Positions 53,901 through 64,000 of a stretch of DNA of 64,000 bases are shown piece after piece. The stretch's first letter is position 1; the number at the start of each line of letters is the position of its first letter. The stretch is from Camelus ferus (lineage: Eukaryota). The position numbers were made by a program, and so were the translations under genes. The notes beneath the pieces were generated by a model that saw only the letters and a program-made list of their open reading frames with translations, had not been told where the DNA came from and searched no databases. Location: contig NC_045696.1 in the NCBI RefSeq assembly GCF_009834535.1, forward strand, positions 31,436,001-31,500,000, written 5' to 3'.

Positions 53901-55199
53901 TCCCTTTTCTTTCAGAAATAGGTTGAGAATGTGGAAGTGAGGAAAATTCCTGAGTTACAAAATCAATTAATTGGCAAGAATAAACAAGAGGATCTAAAAG
54001 CGCAAGAATTTCTTAAAACTCTTCCTGAATTCTGTATCTGAAGATGAAATGAATTACTGACCAAAGAATCAATGAAACAAACAAAACAACTAGACACAAG
54101 GACCATCAAATGTGGACTGGCCAGAAAGACAGATGGCACATCTACTTGAGCTACTTGTTCTAACATTTTACTGAATTCCCAGAGACTGTTCTTTCAGGCC
54201 AAGTTCAAAAGGCTATATGTACTGAGAAATTTATTTGTATTAGTTTTTTCCCTCTAAGTTTCAACTAATATAATTTCAAATTTCCTCTCCAAGGAAGATG
54301 AACTAAAGGAATACAATCTTTTAGAACTTGAAGATTAAAAAGTTACTGATAGCTTTTATTTTCTGTTTACAAAACGATTTCCCATTCTTTTTAGTTTTTT
54401 CTTTTGCCAGTATTTAAATCCTCTCAATCATTTCCAACTCCAAATACTATATTAGGCCCACCCAAGGCACTTTAAATTATCGCTGAATAAATACTTATGC
54501 ACTCACTAGACAATAAGCAGTAAGACACATATTCTTCAACACATGGTCAAAGGAACTTGAAGATGTGAACATAAGAATAGAAATTATAATAAGTAACTTT
54601 TTTGGCTTTATTACAAAACTGTGGGCTATATTTATATTCTGAATTTAAGTAACTAATGATCTAAACTAATAATTCAAAAAGTTTAAGAAAATGTCAGGAA
54701 GAAAGTGTGCTTTATTTGGCTTACCAATTTAGATAGTGTTTCTAAAGACTGCCATTGGGCAGAGGACCGTCAAAAGAAGAGATTGACAGTAACTAAAAAG
54801 TACAAAGTGTTAAAAATATTAATATAAAAGATAACATTTAGTTTGTAATGATTACAAGGGTCATTTGCCACAGAGAACAGTGGGGTATAAAATATAAAAG
54901 GCTATCTTAAACATATTCTGAAAAATATTTCCATGTATTTCATTCAAGATGATGAGTGATAAATTCTGTTCAGTATAGCTCTCTCCCTTCAATAGAATTT
55001 ATCTATTTTATGAAATAAAGCCCCCTCTCTGTAAAGTGAGCATGACACTGTACTTAAAATAAGTTTTAATTAAATTCAGCTACAGCTGAAATCCCAGCAT
55101 AGCTCCTATGGACATGTCCTGCTAACATGGTAAATTGCTAATAGCAATTTATGTCCCTTTTTAAATGACTGCAGTGGTGATATGCTTTCAGCTATGGTT

Positions 55200-55500
55200 T
55201 CTTCTATTTACTTTCACAGAAGTAGAAGGAAAAGAGGGTTTTTATTCTCAAAGCTTGCAACCAAGCACATTACCCCAGGCTGATCACAGACCGATTTCGT
55301 CAGCAGCACTCTCTATCGAGGTACCCGCTCTAATTCTGATACTGTCATGTTTTCTCTGCCCTTTTCAGACTGGGCTAATCATCTTAGCTCCTACTATACT
55401 GCACTCTCCCGTCTGGTTTCCCTAGACTTTGTCCAAACAGTGTAAAACAGCCCTTTATTAAATTGTTAACAGTTTAAGTGTATCTGTTCTTCCTTTTGTA
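55200..55500 (+). mobile_element. Decayed ERVL LTR fragment (LTR33-like 3' end)
   Basis: tgtaaaacagccctttattaaattgtt resembles the LTR33 3' terminus. Confidence 0.35.
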
Positions 55501-56434
55501 AAGCTGATAAACATAGTAGCAACTATTCAAGTTTATCTATTTTTTCCTTTTCTGTTATACTTTACTGAAATATGTGACTATATCTACTTGCAAACAGAAA
55601 CATCATGAAATATTTCATCAAAATTAATAACAAATAACAGCATTCATGTGAGTTTTTATGTATTAATCTGTGGATGTCTGAATAGAATAGACTCTTGATT
55701 ACTAGATATTGACATTCAAACCCAAGAACTGTTTGCAGGAAACATTTGAGCTTATTTGAACATATATATTAAAACTGGAAAAAAACTAAAACTGTGAAAG
55801 AACATATGAATTAATACTTGATATAAGTACTAAAATTTTGATGCCCCAAACAATGAAATAAAGACACATCACATTTCTTCCTAAAGTAATTTATTTTTAA
55901 GATTAAAAATCCAACCATAATAGGCGTTTTAATAAATAGGCCTGTTTAGCATAAAGTAAATTAAGTAACTCTTACATTTTTATGCTTTAATAATATATGA
56001 AGTGAGTTAAGATAAGATTGAAATTTTATGATTAATCATGAAAGTGTTAAAGATGATTGTAAAACTGATCTAAAAATAAAATTTAAATAATTGTAGTTTG
56101 TGAAATGTAACATTATTTCCAACTAAACTGAGATGATTGATATGACTCCCTGATTATACTTCACACTATCAAGGATGTACCTTGCTAACTACGAATTATC
56201 AAATGAAACTAGAAAGAGATAATAGGAACTATTTGAGGCATACCTTCTATCCATTTATCTATATATTTCTCTTAAAAGAAGTTTCTCTTAGTGCACCCCT
56301 TTGAAGAAGAGCTATTTAGAAGACATATTACACATAAAAGATATGAGGAACTTTGAAACTTTCAGAATTAGATATTCTAAATGCAAGAATCAGAAAGAAG
56401 CCCCCTGCCCAATTTTTCCAGGTGTTTCCAGGCA

Positions 56435-57120
56435 TTATTTTATTTTTTTTAGAATTTAATTTATCTTTTTATAATTTAAATTAAATGAAATATATAGATC
56501 TTAAACTTTCATTGTGATGCCTTTTGACCAATATATATACCCACATAGCCCATTCTGGTAAGATTAGAACATCTCAGTCACATGAGAAAATTTCCCTGTA
56601 TCTCTTTTGAAAGTTCCACACATGAGAGGCATCCACAGCTGTGATTTGAAAAGTATACATTAGTTTTGTTTTGCATGAACTCCATGAAAAAGTAATTATA
56701 TAACATGTGTTCTTTTGTATCAAACTCAAAATAACATTTGAAAATTTCATCCATTCTGTTGTATTAGTGACTTGTTCTTTGAGTGGTACTCTGTTGTATG
56801 GATATATCACAATTCCTATATCTACTCTAAGGTAGATGGATATTTGGATTGTTTCTATTTCTGATTCTTAAGAATAATGCTACCTAAAATATTTTTACAT
56901 AAGATATTTTATGAACACATATTTTCATTTCTCCTAAGTGAGCCTAAGAGTGGAATGGCTATGTCACAGGGTAGGTTTATCATTAGAAGAGACTGCCAAA
57001 CTGTTTTCCAAAGTTAGGGTTTTATTTTTTCATTCCTATCAGCAAGATATGAGAATTGCCATTGTGACACATCTTTAACAATATTATGGGCTGACAATCA
57101 TTTTGATTATAATCATTGAA
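56435..57120 (-). mobile_element. L1ME/L1MC-type 3' end
   Basis: ttcatccattctgttgtat...gtatggatatatcacaatt...gatggatatttggattgtttc...gagtggaatggct...gactgccaaactgttttccaaag. Confidence 0.75.
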
Positions 57121-57169
57121 TAAATATTTTCTGTACTGACACAAAAGTTGATATATGGACTATAAAAAA

Positions 57170-57900
57170 GTTGCTAAATTAAAAATATGAATTATTCCTT
57201 AGAAAAATTGATAAAAGACATAAAGTGAAAAAATAACACAAAGTATAATTATCCAGTAAGCATATGGAAAAAAACCAACCTCACACATCACATGTCAAAC
57301 AGTTGCTAATTAAAATTCAATCCCACTTAAAAATATATCAAATTAGACATTAAAACTTAAAATGAAAATGTTGGTCGGCTAGAGTACAAAGGGGATTTAT
57401 ATGTTCTTTTGATTGGAATACAGATTTTTATACATTTCTTGGAGAAGAATTAGCAGTATTTATAAAGATTTATTAAAATGTTTATCTGTTATCAAGTATT
57501 TAAACTTCTACATATATATAATAAGGAAAGTAAGGTATAGAGATGGAGTTAAAGATTTAGCAAGGATGTTTTAAAAGTATATAACATCTACATACTTAAA
57601 ACATTTTAAGAAATCTAGGAGATTGTTAAATTAAAGCTCATAAAATATTCTTGAATAATTTATAGTTTTTACAGTATGTTTTAGAAGAATATGAATAAGC
57701 CACTCGTGTTTAACCTTAAATACATCCATATAATTTGATCTCTATTCATGTTCATATGTAATTACACATGTAAAATATGTACAAATATATACCTGGAAGA
57801 AATACTTGAATACTATGCAATATGTGATGCTATTAATTCTAATCTGTTTTTTTCCTTCTTTAAAAATTCTTATAACAAATATGCATTATTTTAATAATTG
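57170..57900 (+). mobile_element. Decayed L1ME-type ORF2 end and 3' UTR
   Basis: ccagtaagcatatggaaaaa...catttcttggagaagaattagcagtat. Confidence 0.45.
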
Positions 57901-58539
57901 AAAAATATACTTTCTTTATGTTCATATATATTTTATTGCATATGATCTTCATTGTCTGTATTTTATCTGCATTATTTCTAATTCCTGAAGGGATATCTGT
58001 TCTGTCCTAAAATTCTATTTCCCACTTTCCTTTTACTTATTTGCTTGGTAATATGGAAAAGACTTTAAATAGTGAAACTATATTCCTTGCTCTACTCTTA
58101 CTCACCATTCCTTCAAAACACCCTCCTCCACAGCATTACACACATCAGAAAAATTTTATATGAGGTTTATCCACCTACTGTCTATCTCACATTATGACAT
58201 CTATCTTCTACTACTCTGCTCTAAAATGGGCATAAAAACATACTATAAATATGACAAAGCCTGAATTAATGCAAAATTACTTTTGTGATAGATAGAGCAG
58301 AGCTGCAAACCACCTGCTCCACATACTGTGTTTATCCTGAAACTGTGATACACAGTACTTCAAATTTGACTTATTTCCACTATTGAACTATTTCCCACAA
58401 TAACACAGATTTCCAACTTTACTCAAAATAAATTAAAAAAAAAAAGATTTGGCAACACTAAGTATGTGGTCCTGAAAATTATGAAAAAAAAATCAAGTAT
58501 CAGCTGATTATAGGCAAGTTTTAAAATGTCCTTTATAGA

Positions 58540-59026
58540 TTTTTATTTATTTATTTTTATTGAGGCAAAATTCACATAACCTAAAATTAACCATTGGAAA
58601 GCATACAATTCAATGGTGTTTAGTACACTCACAATATTGCGCAACCATCACCTCTATCAAGTTTCAAAACATGTTCATCACCTTAAAACAAAATCCTGTC
58701 CTTATTAAGCAGTTACACTCATTCCTAGCTTGCTCCAGTAAGTGGCAACCACCAATCTGCTTTCTGTTTCTGTGGATTTCTCTATTCTGGATATTTCATA
58801 TAAATCAAAGCTTACAAAATGTGACTTTCAGTGTCTGATTTCTTTTACTTGGCATAATGTTTTCACAGTTTATCCATGTGGTGGCATGTATATACTCCAT
58901 TCTTTTGATGGCTGAATAATATTTCACTGTGCATAGTACACCTATGAATATTTTTGTATGATACTTATTTGAGTGCTGATTTTTAATTCTTTGGGGTATA
59001 GAGAAACATTGCTGAGTCATAAGGTA
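58540..59026 (-). mobile_element. L1MB-type 3' end with an internal deletion near 58935
   Basis: tattgaggcaaaattcacataacctaaaattaaccatt...gcaaccatcacctctatc...ctattctggatatttcatataaat. Confidence 0.85.
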
Positions 59027-59590
59027 TGGAGGCACTCTGTATTGCTAACCAACATTTATCTATTTTTTTCTTTGTTTCTCTCCAGCTGAATTTTGTTTTT
59101 AATTAGATAGTCAACCTTTGCTTATGCAATATATGGAACTCAAGGGAAACTATCCAGGTCCAAAAGTGAGTCCTAATTAGCTTTGGTCAGTTATGATAAT
59201 CAGACTTTTCTTGAAGATGATTGGTTCAGAAAACTAGGCTTAAACACATCAACAAATGATATTCCCTCTGGCAATAATCATAGCCAGTAAATGGCCATGT
59301 GGCATAAAGTGAACCAATTCAGAGAAGGGAAGAATTTTTATCCAAGCCTTGTTGGGAAGTCTCTCTCTCTTCTGGATATGAAAGAGAGGTAGGTGTTATC
59401 ATGAAGGAGGCCACAACATCAGCACAGAGATGAGGGGAGGATACTGGGAAGAACTGAACGGAACCTTAATAACACTATAATGATAACACTACAAGCACTG
59501 CAGATGACCCTCTACGTGGACTTCCAGTCATGTGAAACAAATTGCATTACATAGGTTGAGTCAGGTTATTACTTCTATTGGAAAACATCT
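59027..59590 (+). mobile_element. ERVL LTR (LTR16-like)
   Basis: gagtcctaattagc...gattggttcag...ggccatgtggc...ccaatt...ggacttccagtcatgtga...ttgagtcagg. Confidence 0.55.
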
Positions 59591-61879
59591 ATTTTAATAA
59601 GTCCATTTAACTGGAGCATCTATTCTCCCACTTGGAAGAGATTCATTTGCATTTATTATCCTGGACCCATTTATACTTACCCATTTATATTCCCTGTGTG
59701 GCTTGGGAAGGCATTTGAGTTAACAAATCTTGACCCAGAGAACTTGAAAGACATTATCTTTCAACTAATCCTCCCAAGTGATGTTGTATATATGTAAAGG
59801 GGGAGGTAAAGATTTTGATTATATACCCTCTAATATGTATATCTAGAAAGATGAATAGATGTTATGAGTCAAAGAAATAAAGTAACACACTTGTAATGAC
59901 TGTGTAGCTTAATGTGTGTACACCACTGATAAAAAGTACCTTATTTCTTATATACTTTATAGTATCATGGGTTTCCTCAAAAATAAATTTGAAAACTCTG
60001 TGAAAGATGAACAAAATTATTTCAGGCCAAACATTCATTTGGCTTATTATAATATTTTAATATATATATTACAATATCTTAAAAAATTTCTATAAACTAT
60101 CTGTAGAAAGTTGATTTTTCAATGTTTAAGATAATACATTCAAGAAATTTCCCCTGGGTAAGGAAAAAGATTGACATTTTATTGTGATATTGTGAAGTCT
60201 TTTGATTAAACAGTCATCAAGGAATTGAGAAATTATCATTAAAGTCCACTTATAATTCTGGAAACAGCACAAAGGAAAATGTTTAGATTGCTATTTTCTC
60301 TGTGACAAGAGAGGGAGGTAAATGCAGCTATTCCATTCAAATGTTCAATCAAGACATTAATAAAAAAGGTTTAAAAGGATGGAGACTAGAATACATCCAT
60401 TTTTTTAACCTAGTTAGGAATTTTCTGATTATCTAAAGACTTTTCCTTGGCTATCTTTTTAATGTTAAAGTATAATGTTATGCTAATAAATCTCAGAAAT
60501 ATAGCATGTTGACATCTGTGTGTACAAGCATATTAGAACATGAGGAACTGTTTCAATTATTCTTTCATAATTTTTTCTGATGAAAACTCCTTGAAAAATT
60601 ATATATGTAGAAAACAGATTTTTTTCTTTACTTCCTGCTTAATAACTGACTAATATAGCATAACAACAGAAAAATTATTAAATGGCACAAAAATGAAATT
60701 ACCTTCTCAAATGAAATCAATTTTTTCAAGAAAAGTAGAAAATTACTTATGAACAAGTACAGTTTTCCATCATGCACAGCCAAAGAAATTCTAGACACTC
60801 CATGCTGCAGAACAATGTTATTCCACAAAGAAATGTTAGTAGAATTACTCTGTTTCTAGAATAGTGTATGATCTCAGTATCTTAAGGAATTACTTCCATT
60901 TATTATAAGAAGACAGTGTGAAGATTTTTATATAAGCAAATTAATTGGTTTTTTTTTTTTAATTCTTATTGAAGTATTTTGCAGCAGGGTCAATGGGAAT
61001 GTAGCATGAAAATCTATTATACTTAGTAAATTCAAATATATTTTTTCAAATGTAGTTTTGGTTTTGCTAAGTGATATTAGATACTGATATATTTTCCAAA
61101 TTTACAAGTATGTTTTAAATAAATATCTCTGCATATGATTAGGACAAATTTATTTGAAAATAAAATTAAAATTAGTGGGGTCATTATTTTAACAGAAAAT
61201 TTCCTTAGTATAAGTGTGCAATATTATGACTCATTTTATAATTTCCAGATTTCAGAAATATTTATGAAAAATGTCATTATTGAGCAAACTAATATTTTTA
61301 CTGATGGAAGAAATCCAATAATTGGAAGTAGACACAAGTATTTTTCGAGTAAGGAAAGTTATATTAATATTATTCACTGATTAAAATAGTCTGTTAAATT
61401 ATTTATTAACAGCCAGCCTTTTAAAAGACTAATTGACAACTTTAGCCATTTTTTATGACTGAGGACTATTCAAAATATTGAATTATATGAAATATTTTAA
61501 AACAGAAGAATTAGGAATTATATGCAATCCTTAAAGTAGAACTAAATACACTTAAATATATAAAACATCTATCTGCATATCCACATATCTGTCTAGCTAG
61601 CTTTCTATATATGTTTTTATGTATGTTGATAGGAAACTGTTAACTGTGGTAACCTCCGGAGACAGGAGTTGGAGTAGGTAGGTTAAGGGATACTGCTTTG
61701 TGTTGCACATCTTTTTGTAGTGTTTGAATTATAATTTACATAAAAAGGTTTATAATTTCATAAAGAAGAGATCAAACTGATTTAATAATGTGCAATCAAT
61801 AATTTTAAAATAAAGCTATTAATTCAACTGGTTGAAATAGATAAACCGTGAGTAACATAATTATTCAAAGTGTTAGAAA

Positions 61880-62110
61880 GAAACGTGGACTGGAAATCGA
61901 CATGAATTGACAATTCAAACTATTCACTATACTGATGTCTGGCACAAAGAAACCTCAAGCTTCTTTAGATTTAAAATCTTTATAATTAGAAAATAATTAC
62001 ATTCTCTATTCTAACTGACAATCATGTTTGTCAAATAGCAAATAAGTAAGGATATGCCTGAAAACTTAAATTATTTTTGTAAAAGTTCGTAATGCTACTA
62101 TTGTTATTTA
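61880..62110 (+). mobile_element. MIR, decayed
   Basis: acgtggactggaaatc...; tgtcaaatagcaaataag...ttttgtaaaag...aatgctactattgttatt. Confidence 0.45.
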
Positions 62111-62929
62111 TTGAAATAATACTTCTGTTATTACCACCAACTCAATGCCTAAAATGGGCCATTTTAGCCTGAATGAAAAGGACATTCTATAATTCCATAT
62201 CTTATGTACTTAAGGAACTTCTGACTTAAAAAGCAAACAGAAAACAAAACATAACAACAACAAAACAGTAACAATAACAGGAGCAGTAACTGCAAAAATG
62301 ACAGGTCATAAGGTAAAATGAACATAACCTAGAAAACAAGATATAAAGGAAATACGTGAGGAGTACATAACAAGCAAATTTTTTTTCCATAAAGTTGATG
62401 ATAGATGAGTTCAGTCATATAAAAATATCACCTTTCAAAAGGACAATACTTATCAGTGCTGACAGTGTGCTCTTCTCACCCACACCCTTGAAAAAGCCTG
62501 TGATTGCATGCAACTGCTCCTAAATGTTGATAAATGAACGAAAAATCTTTGGCATTTATTGGAGTTACAGTGTCTATGAAAATCATATTTGGCAAAAAGT
62601 GCTGCTTTAGATAGAGTGTATGCTATTGATTTCAATTGGAGTATAGACCATTATTCTACTAAAATACATACAGTTTAGTATTTTCACAGGTATTTTATAA
62701 CAACCATGACCTCTGCTGTGAAAAAGCTAATTTGCCCAACATACGCTTAAGGGAGAACAACTAATTTGCTTTTCTGAACTTCCTGTCCTCCCCCAAAAGA
62801 AGAAATATTACTGAAAATAAAGGAGGGTATACCTGTGTTTCAACCCTGGAAGCTGACAGGTATTAAAATTAAAATAAAAAATAGAAGGTTATTTAGTAAT
62901 TGAGTAAAAAGTGGAAAAAATAATTATAA

Positions 62930-63030
62930 TCTAATCTTTAGTGAGCACCTAGTATGCACCATATACTTTCATCTGTATCACCTCATTTAATTCTTGAAAC
63001 AATCCACTAAGTAGAAATTACCCTCCATTA
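62930..63030 (-). mobile_element. MIR fragment
   Basis: tgagcacctagtatgc...tcacctcatttaattcttgaaacaatcc. Confidence 0.6.
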
Positions 63031-63169
63031 ATTTAAAATTTATCTCTATCACCTTCAGAATGATTGAGGAAGTTCCCCACAGTTAAACAGCAAGTTCATT
63101 TCATCCTTAAAACAGGAATTTAAAAAAAGATAAAAGAATAGGAAAATAAATTACAATCCTGATTTTTCT

Positions 63170-64000
63170 GTCCTTTTATTGTAATATTACATATGTAAAG
63201 AAATATGTTTTAGCTATAACTATGCATCTCAAAGAAATTTTTAAAGTGAAGTTCCTCATTAAACTAGTACTTACATTAAGAAATAAAATATTAGCAGCAC
63301 CAAATATGTTTCTTGTGTCTCCTCCCTGGCACTATCCCTTAAGATAAGCGATACCCTAGTGTTTTCAAACCATAAGGTTTTTTTTCCTGCCTTTGAATTT
63401 GACATAAATGGAATCACAGTTCGCACTTTTAAAACCTGGCCTCTTTTGTTCAAATTTGAACTTGTGAAATAAATCTATTTTGCTATGTATAGAAATAAGT
63501 TGTTCATCTTCGATAAAATGTGGTTATTCATTTCACTCTTGATGGTCAATTATGTTGCTTCCAGTTTAGGACTATCATGGCTTGTATTGTTTGTTTTATG
63601 CGGGGGAGGTAATTAGGTTTCTTCATTGATTTCCGTTTGGAGGAGGTACTTGGGACTGAACCCCTGACCTCTTTAGTGCTAAGCATGCACTCCACCACTT
63701 GAGTTATACCTTTCCCCTGAGTTTAAGAATATTATGAATAGTTCTTTTCTAAACATTCTTGTACATGTCTTTTGGCAAATATAAGGTATGCATTTCTCCT
63801 GGGTATACTTAGGTAAAGAATTTCCAGGTAGCAATGAAGATACATTTAGCATTAGCTGCAAATGCCAAAAACTCTAGAGGAATTCTAGAGGTATACATTT
63901 ACCAGAAATGAGCAGTGTACCAGAATTTCAGTATCTCCATGACCTTGTTCAAACGTTATTTTATATATTTAAAAAAATGTATTCATCATGATGGGTATGA
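63170..64000 (-). mobile_element. L1ME/L1MD-type 3' region, interrupted by a SINE and running off the window
   Basis: ataaatggaatcacag; gttgcttccagtttagg; aacattcttgtacatgtcttttgg; atttctcctgggtatacttagg. Confidence 0.7.
63580..63717 (-). mobile_element. Camelid tRNA-derived SINE (Vic-1-type)
   Basis: Minus strand GGGGAAAGGTATAACTCAAGTGGTGGAGTGCATGCTTAGC...GGTTCAGTCCCAAGTACCTCC...AAACCTAATTACCTCCCCC with A-box and B-box-like motifs and an A-rich tail. TSD agtttaggactatcatg (63563-63579) / agtttaagaatattatg (63720-63736). Confidence 0.85.

Noticed and set aside
53850..53945. Tandem acceptor-like sites (T-run accag; cttttctttcag)
   Set aside because: They sit at the edge of T-rich antisense L1 sequence, with no supported exon or reading frame.
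9300..59100. L1 strand bias as a clue to host gene orientation
   Set aside because: Both orientations are well represented, so nothing can be inferred.
63640..63717. tRNA gene
   Set aside because: It is a decayed SINE head with a tail and TSD, without a proper cloverleaf or terminator.
1..64000. Short ORFs in the supplied six-frame track as host genes
   Set aside because: All are 126 aa or shorter, compositionally biased, and mostly inside repeats. Only 13451-13756 is protein-like, and it is the C-terminal part of L1 ORF1.

Overview
AT-rich, CpG-poor mammalian genomic DNA, most likely from a camelid (camel/alpaca/llama). This assignment rests on a Vic-1-type tRNA-derived SINE at ~63.6 kb and young lineage-specific L1 3' tails. 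I find no recognisable host protein-coding gene, RNA gene or CpG island, so the window reads as gene desert or deep intron. It is dominated by interspersed repeats: L1s of several ages, L2, MIR, Tigger1, MaLR/ERVL/ERV1 LTRs, an ERV internal fragment with a decayed integrase, and microsatellites. The only protein-like ORFs are retroelement remnants. The most interesting structures are retrotransposition products readable from the sequence: (1) a 1.7 kb TSD-flanked L1 with a full-length ORF1 but almost no ORF2 (half-L1/HAL1-like); (2) an L1 3' transduction whose source poly(A) signal is mutated; (3) a polyadenylated LTR-like retrocopy nested in a MER41-like LTR; (4) two 5'-inverted L1 insertions; (5) an L1 shell whose body is replaced by LTR-less ERV internal sequence. 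A few weak orphan exon candidates are listed. Repeat family names come from recalled consensus similarity, not a search, and boundaries of old repeats are approximate. I cannot support a claim of a novel biological system beyond these candidates.
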